Source of the DNA: Bugula neritina
Lineage: Eukaryota > Animalia > Bryozoa
Direction: 5' to 3'
Assembly (NCBI GenBank): GCA_964035545.1
Contig: OZ037767.1
Span: forward strand, 3,483,680 to 3,547,679
DNA: 64,000 bases
Of this stretch, positions 13,701 to 26,392 are shown piece after piece; position 1 is the stretch's first letter, and each line of letters begins with the position of its first letter. The position numbers were made by a program, and so were the translations under genes. The notes beneath the pieces are model-generated. The model was not told where the DNA came from, ran no database searches, and saw nothing but the letters and a program-made list of their open reading frames with translations.

Positions 13701-14735
13701 AAGTGGTTTTACTTATTACAGAACTTTCTACTATAATTGAAAACCTGAAAGCAGTTAGAGTAAATCATAAACCAGATCTGGGCAGAAAAATAAGCCCGAA
13801 TACAAATCCCAGAAGATAGAGTGTACTGTTGTAGATAAGTTTAGTTCAAAAAATCGAACCGTTTTAATATTCACTAAATCATAAGCTTAATGTTTGAGAA
13901 TCTGTCTTCTTAACCTTCTAGACACACTTTGCCGCACCGTAGGCTGTAACGTAAAATGTCAGCCATTTTTAAGAATGTCAGCGCCTAAATTTCTGTACGG
14001 TGTTGCGGCGCGTTAAGATCAAGCACTGCTTGATTGTAAAATGTTGCAGCGAGCTCCTATAAATGTCCAATGAGACGTGTCATAGATCGTACCCAATAGC
14101 AAACTTTGAGGACTTCAGTCCGGCCACAATAAAAATGGCTGACATTTTACGTTACAGCCTACGGTGCGGCAAAGTGTAAAAACTTGGTAAACTTTTGACT
14201 GATGAAAATTGGTGTTTATAAAACCTAATCAGCAGTCAGATGATGAAAATTTGCACATTTCTAGTGTTAAATAAATTCAACCTGTGACCTTGAAGGTCAA
14301 GCTGTATTGTGATAAGGCAGGCTGCATCATTGCCATGCAGACGTAATCTAGCAGCTAAATTCAAGCATGAAGCAAAATGGATATAAATATAATAATTTTA
14401 AATAATTATCCCTGATTTAGATCTAGAAGTTAATCACAAATAAGCCAACTTTTGAGCAAAATATCTCTACATTCATGAATATAGAGTTAGTCTCCAAGAC
14501 CAACTATGAGAATTGACCACTAGTGGGTACATACATTTTATAACATGACATTCTGAGCTACACTATATTAGGTAGTGACTTTTTCTACTTACGCCGGGCC
14601 TGAACTCTTAGCCAAAGGCTTTAAATTAAGTTGTCCTTCACTTGTGTCAACAATGCAACTTTTCTCAACTGTATTCGTCACATCAATTCCACTGCTGCAT
14701 ACAACCAAAGAAACTAACAAGTATAAAGATTTCAT
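10703..14735 (-). CDS. Cation-dependent mannose-6-phosphate receptor / ATG27-like membrane protein, paralog A (~253 aa)
   Basis: Seven exons: 14735-14593, 13744-13639, 13233-13097, 12730-12652, 12292-12189, 11891-11765, 10768-10703. Signal peptide; C..T.EG.LNL..L; YWNPC; FTC; GAC; GLSGGSVLLIIVLVLLVVYVVAG (TM); G.DLI.N..IW..IPGLVKDG..F; terminal YENI*. This matches the M6PR/ATG27 TM-tail signature. Confidence 0.85.
13924..14177. mobile_element. MITE-like element with perfect 48-bp terminal inverted repeats
   Basis: acactttgccgcaccgtaggctgtaacgtaaaatgtcagccattttta (13924-13971) is the exact reverse complement of 14130-14177. No ORF inside and no clear target-site duplication. Confidence 0.8.
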
Positions 14736-15570
14736 ATTTCTTATCCGTGAAACTTCTTAACTCAAATCGAATAGAGCTGAATGCCAGTCACTGAGTGGTC
14801 ATTGCTATGTTTACAAATCTGTTAGTTTGATATAATATATCTCAATGTTCACAATGCTACCATATCTTATCAGCAGTCAGCTGGTACATTATCAGACAAT
14901 CTTTGAACCAATCTACTGTGAAACTTGTGACAGTATTTTACTAGTAAAGCTGTGAGTCGATTGCTGGTTGTTATAGCTTAAAAAGCCTGTTACCAACTTT
15001 TTTTACTTTTGAAAATCAAATACAAATCAAAATTGTAAGAGCCTGTCACTCATTTAGCCACAGATGAAATAAATTCTTTACTCTTGACACCTACTGCAAT
15101 AATCGGAGTGATACTGTAAGAATTGTCTTTCCCTGTACAACCCGTTTCCTATATAATAAATAGCTAGGAAATGCAAATAATACTCTACTTTACTTGATTT
15201 ATTTAGAAACTTAGGCTGAGGAGAATGGCGATACACGAAAAGGGCTACGTATAAACTGAAATGTGTGGTTGATTAGAACAAAAATTAGGACTAATAAATC
15301 TTTTTATAGAGTAAAATAAAACAATTGTTTACATAAAATACTATATTTTATTACATTTTATATACATATAATACTCTATTTAATTGTTCTATAATTTTAT
15401 AATTAGTTTTTTATTTGTAAGTGGCAACATGGATAAACAGCATATTGATATATATGTATACTTATTCAACAAAGCTCACATGCACTTTTAAAACTTGTTT
15501 TCAAGTTGCAAATCATATATAAATATATTGGTATATAAAAAGATATAAACACTGAATAATGCTAGAAAAG

Positions 15571-18500
15571 TTAAATGTTCTCATAACTTTTACTTGGCAG
15601 TTGTCCTCTCTTCACAACAAATACAACACCATCCTACAACAGGCAGGACTCATATGATATTAAATAATTTTTTTACTTCATTCTTTACCTACAAGTGATC
15701 AAAATCTGTTGACCAGAAAACAATTATTTAGGACTTTTATTATCTGATATTTAAAGAGCTTTTGAATTCTTTAAGGACTTTGAAATGTATTGCAATTCAA
15801 AATTAGTAAAAGTTTCAACAATAATAAAAATCACACTTATATGTGTATTGAAATACTGCATGCATTGAAAAACGGCAACTTTAACTTCCTTAATGGATTC
15901 TTCGCAATCAACTTAATAGAAAACCATTAAAGGACCTATGCACTGCAAGGTGTCATACTTCCAATTATATCCAGTGGTTGTAATTGTATATAGCAGTCTT
16001 TTAATCTGGTTAATAATTAATTGAGATAATTGTGCTAACAATCATACGGTATATTATAATGTTTTCTTAATTTTGTTTAATTTCTTATTGTGATAACTTT
16101 GCAACAGCATATTTTTACACTAAAAGATTATCAGACAATATAAAAATATTTAGTTTCACATTGTCAAAGTCTCAAGAAAATGTTGTGCAAAAAAAATTAT
16201 GTTGTATGTTATAGTTTTTAAACACACTAATTGTATGACTGTATTGTGTATGGCTAGCGTTTATTGCTTACAGTAATGAAGTTACTATATAGCATACCCA
16301 AAGATGAGTATCTAACGCATAATAAATAAATTAAAATGTGTATTCCACCTTGACTAGACCAGGTATCTTCACCCATATTGTACGGTTAGGGATGAGATTG
16401 ATACCTTCCTCTTTCTTAACAAACTTTAGGATTAGGACTCCAGCTACCAGATATACTACTACCATCACCAGAACTCTAAAAGTTGGTTTCAACAACAAAT
16501 TTTATTGTCATTATAGAGTCATCAGAATAATTAATATGCTCTCTAATATAATAGTTATATAACTATATTATAGTTGTAGCTATATCTATAATATAAATAT
16601 AGCTACAACTATATTATAGTTACTGTTGTTATAGTTAGAGTTACAAGAATATATTTAGTTATAGTTGTATAGTTGTATAGTTATATATGATTATAGTTGC
16701 AGCAATAGATATGGTTATAGCTATGAGTATAGTTATTACAGCTATATGTATAGTTAAAGTTGTAATATATAAGTATAATCATAAATGTAGTTATAGTGAA
16801 ATAGTTATGGTTATAGTTATGAGTATAGATATAGTTATTTTTAGCTATGAGTATGACTATAGTGGTAGTTATACTTATGACTGTTTTACAAAATGAATAT
16901 TAATGTATAAATATATAGCTATAACTATAACACTATAGTTACAGTTACATATAGTTATAGCTAGAGTTATGGGTATATAGTTATAGTTATAGTTATAGTT
17001 GTATATATAGCCATATATATAACCATAGTGGTAGTTATAATACTTAAGATTATTTTACATAATAAGTAGAATGGATCCTCCACTTAGCCCTTTCTTTCCT
17101 CCACCAGAAGGTGACGGTGTTGTAGGAGCCTTTAAACAGGCAACAGGTCCGGTAAGAGTTGCTTCCTGTAATAAATATGTACACTTTTATATAATATATG
17201 ATACAATAATGTAAACTATACAGTGTTATAGGCACATGCTTATTTGTTTGACAGCAATAAATAAGTTTATTGGCTTTAAATAGGTTACTGTCATTGCTAT
17301 GAAATAAATTGAAAGTTGAAACTTTATGCATAAAACAATATTTTAAATGTATAGAGTCAATTTAAATGCAATAATGTTTTGTCAAAATAACATCTTACTT
17401 ATTATTAATATTATAATGAACATGGAACTCTAGGGCTTACATATAAGTTTATTTACAAATAAATATTTGCTTACACTAGTTACATAGACTACTTTAGCTT
17501 ACTACTCACAGGGTCTGACTGATCAAGAGGCATGGTAAATTTGTTTTCAGAATCTTTTGAACAGATGAACTTTATCACAAACTCACTAAAACAGAAACAA
17601 ATTAATTTCATAAATGACCTGCTTAACTTCTAGCATAAGTATAGTAGAAAATTCCCATCATGATTATTTCAAGTAAAAGGAGTTACGTGTGAGTGAAGCC
17701 ATTGAAATCATTGCCAAGAGCATAATTATTTACAATATTGCAAAAATGCTGCAGAGGTGAGATAGAAGTGAGAGAGCACGAAGTGTTTTACATTATGATT
17801 CACATTTTAACACCATAATATATACATGTCACTTTTAGTGTATTACATAATTTAATTGTATTTCATAAAACATCTGATTATTAACATTAAGGATAGAGAT
17901 TATCTAGTATGAAAAAATTTTCATATTAAGATTTCAAGTTCAAAGTTATTTCAGAATTAAAATTGAAAATCTGTAATAAAATTATATAGGAGATATTGAT
18001 AAATATTTTGCGTTGGGTTTGAATGGTCAAAACTGATGACCTTTTCTGTGTAATGAAAAATGTCATCAGTTTTGAAAATGGCCCAATTCTAAGAACTTAC
18101 ATGTTTAGAGTTTCCAAAATTTAAAAAAAACATTCATACATAAACCACGTGACATATATGTCAATAATAAAACCTGAAATTACCAAAGCTGAGGATAATA
18201 GTTTTAGTTCAAAATTTTAGAAACAAGTAGAAGGTTGCTTACTCTGCATCATCATCTTTATAAGTTAGCACCAGACTCTCCTTCATTATTGCAAACTTTG
18301 AGGAAGACTTTTTTCCATACACCTGGCAGTCTGAGGCTGTGAGACTTGGTGTATCAGTTGCCAGAAACAGCTGAAATATATTGATGGCATGAAACCATAT
18401 GGTGCATTGTGACATTGGATTGTATGAAACTTATAGTATAAATGTCTAAATTTTAACATTAGCTATCAATAAAAAGGTTAACTTATTCTCTAACGCATTT

Positions 18501-19719
18501 AGATTATATATAAACCTGTCATAATGATTCCTGTTGTGAATTTTCTTTTTATTGACAGTCATATTAACATTGGCAGTGGGTCATATTTTTTGTGAAAAGC
18601 GAGTCATATTTTCTATAAACAGTGAATCATACTGGCTGACTAATGCAAGCTTTGTTTTAAAGCCAATACTATAGTCATGCTGGTTGCAGTTGGTACAGAC
18701 TTACTTCAGCTGGTCCAGCATCTGAACACTTCTCAGGTGTGACATCTTTACAAGGGTTCCATAAAAGGCTCAGTGTTTCACCAATATCATGTGGGAGGAC
18801 GTACGTAAATCTAATAAACATGACCGTATGTGTTATATATACCATGTAAATTGTCAGTATGCATGATCACTTCAAATTTTACAATTGCATCAAAATTTAC
18901 TGCTTGAAATAGAGTTCAGCCAGTTGTAGATAGCATATATATGTATGTTATGTTGATAAAATCAAAATTTATTGTATTGCAATTTGCAATCTAAAACTTT
19001 TGGTAAGCAAAGAATCTATATAATATTGTATAACAGGATTCGTAAAAAGTGCAGGGTTATTTTCTAACCACTGAAAAATCTCAGAGGGTATAAAGTTTAT
19101 AGTCAAAGTAAACATTTAGTGCACTATGGAGTGCCAAATAGTTAAAAGTTCAATCAGTATACAATATCATATTATATATTATCACAAGAGAGTATAATTA
19201 TATAACTATTATTTTCTTTTTTACCCACAGAAGACTTTCATATGTTTATAATTTGCTCTCAGCTAATACTTCAACTTAATACACACACACGCACACGCAA
19301 CACACAGCACACAGTAAACAGCACTAAGCATACAACACAAATAAAGATAGAGTGAAAAATTCACCTCGATCTGTGTGCAGTTATACCTGCTTTGCATTTA
19401 TCTAAAATTGTAAGTAGAAGCTATAAAAACCTGAAAGCTACAAATGTAGTACATGCTTAGAAAAATCCTCCTCTTTTGCTATGATGTGGTTATAAAGACA
19501 TGCAATGACATAATAGTGAATATTTTAACATATAAAAAATTTCAGCATTCCAACTTACGCTGGACTACTGTCACTTGCTACTGAGGAGAGATCCAATATT
19601 CCCTGGTCTGTTGAGGCTTTACAGCTCTTCTCTATCTCCTTAAGGTTGCTTAAACTTCTCACCTCTGCCACAGATGTGAGCAGCACCAGTATTACTATAG
19701 ACTTAATTACCACTTCCAT
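15571..19719 (-). CDS. M6PR/ATG27-like membrane protein, paralog B (~255 aa)
   Basis: Seven exons with the same phases as paralog A: 19719-19559, 18810-18705, 18370-18243, 17585-17510, 17165-17059, 16475-16349, 15633-15571. Contains LWNPC, GLSGGSILLII, TM, GINLIPNRTIWVKIPGLVKDGVVF and YENI*. Confidence 0.85.
16550..17040. repeat. Degenerate (TAGTTA)n simple repeat
   Basis: Hexamer-based low-complexity tract in an intron of paralog B. Confidence 0.8.
18028..18075. repeat. Short inverted repeat (hairpin)
   Basis: caaaactgatgac...gtcatcagttttg arms with a short spacer. Confidence 0.6.
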
Positions 19720-19967
19720 TTGTAACACAATACACTAATACATATATAACTGACTGTTAGCAGGAAAGCTGAAGGGAGATTGTGGATGTTGTCACATGAT
19801 TTATCTTCACTAGTTACTATCCAACTATCACTTAAAGATGAACTTTCTTATCAAAAGAGTATCAAAATGGTGAGATAAATGTCACATGACTTGAGAAATG
19901 TTATTTCATAAGCTAAGAAACATGTAGCTGGTAAAACTTGCAATATAACATAGTTTATTTTTAAAAA

Positions 19968-20138
19968 GAACTCATGTGAGTTTATATTCTTCTCCATGTG
20001 AGATCCCCTGCATGGTGGAATGAGTGTTTTTTAGGCAGGCTAAGGACTCGTTTTCTACTGTGACTATAAGAAGCAGTTTATTTGACTGAATACCCTTAAT
20101 CCTAGTATCACCAATGCTCTAACCAGTAGACTACGGCT
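19968..20138 (-). mobile_element. tRNA-derived SINE, internally deleted copy
   Basis: Reverse complement begins gccgtagtctactggttagagcattggtgatactagg and later reads ctcacatggagaagaatataaactcacatgagt, matching both ends of the 49222 copy. Confidence 0.65.
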
Positions 20139-20569
20139 GCTTCTTCTATAGCTCAACTTTACAAATATGACCAATTTTGAGATCTTGTTATTAGAAATGC
20201 TTCATGCGGATGTGCCGCAGCAAGACTAGCTGTTGGTTTTTTGTTTCTTATAATATAGGTTATAAAGCTGACACTACAGTGTTGAAGCCGCACAAGTCGA
20301 TGAAGCCAGAAGCAATTGCCATCTTTAATAATTGCCGGGTTAAATGATAAGTTACTTTGTAATAATTCTTCAACAGCATGCACCTTCAGAAAATATTACA
20401 ATTGCATATATTCATATTTTGATCATAAAAATAAACGCACAAATTCAAACTTAATAAACTTTTTTCTTATGATCTGTTTAATAAATATATATGTATAAAT
20501 TTAGATTTTATAAACAACTGTGCTACACATGGCACAGATTTTACAATTCTATTATATTGGTAGTTTTCA

Positions 20570-20708
<139 letters not shown>

Positions 20709-21383
20709 AGGGTATGTTTGAATATGGAGTTCAAAAGAAAAAGGACCTGAGAGAATTTGACAATTTTTGCTTGACATATGTTGGCTTCTTAATTATAGGA
20801 ACAGAATACTTATATTATACTCATTTATAGCCACATAGCATAAGAATTATGAATAAATATAGATGTTTGTTTCTAGTAAATTTGCTAACTTTATAATATA
20901 CTTTTCAAACAAAGTAATTCATATACATATAATAAAGTGCATGCGAACACTTGCCTTTAAATATTATCAAAAGTCTTATAAGCTATTGCACAGCTAACTG
21001 TAAGCTAGTGCTCTATTTTTAAAATATTCATTCTCTCACGATTGAATAAGTAAATCATCAGGTTTTGAAGTTTAATAAGCTACGATTTATAACGCATAGT
21101 TCAACATAACATAACAAACATAGCATGCTATAATTATAATACTGTATTTGCAATCAAAGTAATTTAGAAAAAGTATTTTTCAATGAAACTTTAGACTTTA
21201 GATTAAATCACAGTGCAAAAAAATATTGCATCTCATCAATCAGCCATTGTATCTAACTTAGATTTGTATAAAAAACTATTTAAAACTTGAACACTGACAA
21301 TGAAAGACAACAATACATTCAGATATATGTTATACAAGTACATCTAATTGATAATTTCAAAAGTACAAGTCATTTTCTAGCCT

Positions 21384-24300
21384 CTAATAGTCAAATTCCT
21401 TCTCATCGTCTGCTATATAACCAGATCCTGAACCAAGGTCAGACAAATCCTCGACATCTGTGACTGATTCTGCATTATGGCTCATTGTAGGTGATTGTAC
21501 AGTGGCCTGGGACTTTGTGGGTGCCAGCTCTTCTGCTCCATTTGTTTTCAAACAAGAACCTGGGCCAATTAACTCAGCGGTCTAACAATATAATAAATTC
21601 CTAATTTCATAAACATAACATATTCAATATAAAATATAATATAATAATCATATTACACATAATTATATAATAAATATAAGATAAATAATAAAACTATAGC
21701 TTTAGAAATATTAACGGATTCTGTATTATACATTAATTATCAAATTATTTTAAAATTATATGCCTGAATTTAAAAATTCGTATACTTTTGTATTTACAAA
21801 GTATTTTAATAAATTTTATGGAAGAATTTATTACAACAAACTTACGGTTTTGTCATCTGCATTCGGAACAGAAAAAGTGTTGTTATGGGCTGTAGGCTTA
21901 CATATAAACGTCACAGTAGCTCTCCTGCAAACAATATTAGAGTTATCTTACCTAGGAAATTGCCAACCAGCATGATTTCATAATTACTATGCTCTATAAT
22001 ATGTGGTAATTATGTTTATAGTATTTGTGCAGGTTGATTTATGCTCTATAACTTGTAATAGCATTTGTGCAGTTTGAATTTAGTTGAACGTATATATATA
22101 ATTACGTAACATGTAATTATATATACTTGAAAACTACAGCTACTTAATTCAGGCTCTATTTCATTATAACTTACACTGATTGAAGTGGGTGAAGTGTATA
22201 GAGCTAATATATTTCATATTAGTTTAGTTACAAGTTATATAATGAAGAGAATAGCATACATGACTTGTGGATTTTAATCTATACAGCACCATACACATTG
22301 TTACAATCAGTCATTATAGTTAGAATGGTTCTATAAGCAGCTCCGATTTGGGGGTCATTTATTGCAGTAGTGTGAGATCTTGGATTTGCAGTTGGAGGTT
22401 CCAATGTATACCCCAACTCTAAACTCGAGAACCACAAACTACTGCAATCAATCACCCCCAAATTGGAGCTGCTTATAGAATATTCTTATATTGTAATGTA
22501 TATAGCTTGTGGAATGTAAGCACAGCTAACCCCCCCCCCCCCCAGGCAATTCGAAATGGGTTTAAAGGGTACTCTGAATATTGTAGAGTGAGATCTTAGG
22601 AAGTCACAATTTTATCTTTTTTTCTTAGATAGGCCTGATTAGTGCTCAGCAAAGTGATCGAAGAAGGTTCAAAGTCCACCACCAACACCTCACTGCCAGC
22701 ACCTTGTTCCATGAGCAATTAGAATAGTATGCTGTCTTGTTTACAGTGTAAGTTGGAATGAAGCCACAATATAATAAATCAGGTAGAAAAGGACTTGCAG
22801 GTAGAAAAAAGTATTATTATGCTTAGTTTTTGAGAGCAATAGTTCTCAGAACACACAATGCAAAAGTCATATACAAACATCATCACTTTTTTGATGCATT
22901 TAGTTAAAGATAGTGTTATTATGAAAAGCTTCAAAACAAAAGCAGGCTAAATTGACCACCAGCCTATTGGACAAAACTTTTCTGTAAAATAATTTGTAGA
23001 ATAGTCATCATGTATAAAAGTATAACATTCAAAGCAAACAACTACTACATGTATGATATATGAATCATGTAACGAATAAAATTGATTGGTAGAAGTAGAC
23101 TTCTGAAGTCTAAACTGTTGGAACTTGACTATTCCCTGATGTGCCTATAGATGAGCTTTACATTTAACCACCTCTAAATATGCACCACCTTTAAATATGC
23201 ACCACCTCTAAATATGCACCACCTCTAAATATGCACGACCTCTAAATATGCACCACCTCTAAATATGCACCACCTCCAAATATGCACCACCTCTAAATAT
23301 GCACCACCTCTAAATATGCACCACCTCTAAATATGCACCACCTCTAAACATGCACCACCTCTAAATATGCACCACCTCTAAATATGCACCACCTCTAAAT
23401 ATGCACCACCTCTAAATATGCACCACCTCTAAATATGCACCACCTAAAAATATGCACCACCTCTAAATATGCACCACCTCTAAATATGCACCACCTCTAA
23501 AGTGCACTACCTTTAAATCATCTACTCATTGTAAACATGCACCACTTCTAACTATGTACGACCTTTAAACATGCGCTACCACTAACTATGTACAACCTTT
23601 AACCATGTACCACCTCTGATATGTACTACCTTTAAACATGCACTACCTTTAACCATGTACCACATCCAATTTAGAGAATATAGTCTGCTAAGTAGGCACT
23701 GTTTGCTTCAAAATATCAGACATAGTGTGACTGTGTGTGACATATATACCACGTAACATACATAAATTATATTCTAAACAGAAGCAGACAACTCTAGGAA
23801 TGAGCTTACCCTTTGTAGTTTAGTACAAGTTGATTATTATTATTCACAGTGAACAGAGAATCAGCTTTCATTCCTAGATTCTTGCATATGGAAGGCCCTG
23901 ACCCAATACTTGTACCAAATAGTGACTAAAACATATACAAGTCAGATTAATTTCCCTGTCATCACTCTTTGTATAATAAAGTCTTGCTTGATGTTGTGCA
24001 AAGCCTTAATATAGCTCTTCACATTGATGTTTTACTATATTTAAATTTAATTCATAGGAAAAATAGTTGAAAATACATTTTTATATAGTAGAATAAATGC
24101 TAGATGCAGTATGCTATTGGTTGCAGTTGTAAAATATACAATGACCAAAAGCAAAATTCCTGCACAATGCATAATTTAAGCAATATTATAATATAAACTA
24201 CTATAATTTGTGTATAATAAACTAGTTAATATGTACATAGCTGAGAGCATATATATTTACTATATAGTATTTACAGTAGCAACTTTTTAGTGCTATAAAA

Positions 24301-25533
24301 ATAAATAAAGTTACAAGTTTATTTTTCATCAACATTTTATATATCTGAATAAACATTGGAATTAACTGCAAGTATACCATATCCTTCTATTGTATTTTGT
24401 TGATTGCTAAAAATTAATAAAATCCATAACAATGCAATTAAATTTAAAACAGAGTAAAACAATTATCATGTAAAGGCTACCTCTATACTTAATGCATATG
24501 ATTTATTCATCTTAAGTTACATTCGCTACTAGTAGTTACCTCCCCTGACCCTCCTGATCCGGAGCAGTATATTGGCATGACATCTTTGCAGGGATTCCAG
24601 TACAGTGTGTACACGGTGTCAAATACAAACGCAAACCTGTGAAAATAGATTTGAAGGAAAATTTAAAGCTTATAGAATAATTATAATAGCTCCATAAATG
24701 CAATATTAAACTTTGTAACTGCAATAATATGATGCATTCTTGAGAAAGAAAAGAAATTTACACAAAGCAAAATGTAATGATATATGATAAATTTATTGTA
24801 GACACCAATTAACATGCTATCTATTTAATGTTAGCAATGTGAATCACATATTATGCCTGCATATTAATTATATAAAGTTAAATTCATATATACATAATAT
24901 CATCAACAGATGCTTATAACGTGTGAATATGAAACTCATGACGATATAACATGGTAAAGCAAATAACAATAAAACTAAATATAAGCGTTTGCTTCAATTA
25001 TAAAATGGTTATAATGCTTTATATGGGAGCAGGCTAGAGTTAGAGTGCTGGCTTAGTAAGCACATGGTCATGGGTTCCAGCATCAGAAGAGGCCATTGGC
25101 GATGTCAGGTAAAGCATCCAGTCATAACTTTTCCTTTGACACAATAATGAAAGTCTTTTGCTTGCTTAGAAAGATTTTTTGCCATCAGGGTTTCTCACAG
25201 GAATAGGGATTATAATCCAAAGTAAGCTTATAATTTAGCAAATAAATTTTAAATAAAGCATTATAAGTTAAAAATCTGTGTTTGCAAATAAAGGCACCAG
25301 TAAATACACTTGAGCAAGTGCAACTGTAAAATCAGTCCCAACTGTATGTAGTATATGTAATATGAACAGAAAACTCACGCAGGATGCTGGGGTCCAGCTA
25401 ATTTGGATAAGTTTAGCACACCTTCATCTGTATGCACGATACAGCTTGGTTCCTCTACTGCTGTGATACGGAGAGACTTAACTAAGCAGATGGACAAAAG
25501 CAAGAGAGACACTATCTTCTGTAAAACTGCCAT
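21384..25533 (-). CDS. Secreted MRH-domain (M6PR/ATG27-like) protein, paralog C (~214 aa), no TM helix
   Basis: Five exons: 25533-25379, 24636-24540, 23925-23810, 21924-21846, 21581-21384. Same intron phases and motifs as A and B (SCIVHTDEGVLNLSKL, YWNPCKDV, RATVTFIC, GPGSC), but exon 5 runs on to ...DVEDLSDLGSGSGYIADDEKEFDY*. Confidence 0.8.
22295..22500. repeat. Imperfect foldback / old MITE-like inverted repeat
   Basis: ttctataagcagctccgatttgggggtcatttattgcagtag (~22329-22370) pairs with ctactgcaatcaatcacccccaaattggagctgcttatagaa (~22439-22480). Confidence 0.7.
23167..23665. repeat. 17-bp minisatellite (CCACCTCTAAATATGCA)n
   Basis: About 19 near-perfect units followed by degenerate units, in intron 3 of paralog C. 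Confidence 0.95.
25030..25225 (+). mobile_element. tRNA-derived SINE, degraded copy
   Basis: gttagagtgctggcttagtaagcacatggtcatgggttcc...ggcgatgtcaggtaaagcatccagtcataa...ctcacaggaatagggattataa aligns with the 49222 copy. Confidence 0.7.
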
Positions 25534-26269
25534 TATTACTAGAATTGCTGTAATAACTTATTTGAAGCAACAGTACCTTCTGAAAGGAGAGGCTTAAAGC
25601 AAATCAGACAGTTGAAGATAACTAACATAAGCCTATATGAACTGTTTAACTTTCATTTGAATACATTCAAATCGTTTACGCCTTATCTTAAAAGGTAAAA
25701 ATAATTTAGCTTAAACCTTAGATTACAACGCCCATGTAACACAAAGATAGTGCTTATCTTGTTTTCATTTTCTCTGAAAATATCTTTATATCAGTATACA
25801 GCACATGATGAAAAACCTGTTATTAGTTTAAAATGCCACATGTAGCCCATATACTAAACTCAAAGAGTCTATATTAATTTCCACTAAGCTAATACAATCC
25901 TGATATCTAGGAGTTGTTCTTACCCAAAAGTATTGGGAAAATAACTCCTTTATATTGCGTACGCTGTGATCTGCCGTTTCCTTTTAAACCCAATTGGCTG
26001 CAGTAGATCTAAAGCTCCATATCATTGGATATTCACATAGGACAACCTTGTAATTTTAAAACCGAAACCGTCATTTAAAGAATAATCATTACAGGTAAAT
26101 ACAAGGGTATCACACAAAATACCTAGCCATTCAGTAATCTACGTAGTTTTACTTGGTAAAATCAGTGTAATTATAAATCAATAAGATTAAAAAAGTGAAG
26201 AATTAATAGTAGTAATGAATATATGGTATTCATAATGATAATGTGAATACTAACTCAAGTCTACTGTCT

Positions 26270-26392
26270 AGTAATAATACTAATAGTAATATGAGTAATA
26301 CTAATAGTAATACTAATAGTAATAGTAATACTAATAGTAATAGTAATACTAATACTAATAGTGTTACTATTACTATTAGTATTAGTATTACA
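26270..26392. repeat. (TAATAG/TAATAC)n simple repeat with an inverted arm
   Basis: Read directly; the final part (tattactattagtattagtatta) is the reverse complement of the preceding tract. Confidence 0.7.

Noticed and set aside
22630-22730. Exon-like, GC-richer stretch in intron 3 of paralog C
   Set aside because: Short frame ending in a stop, no recognisable product and no compatible neighbouring exons.
23167-23665. Regular repeats resembling a CRISPR array (also 33285, 43248, 57215)
   Set aside because: No unique spacers, no cas genes, and a eukaryotic intronic context.
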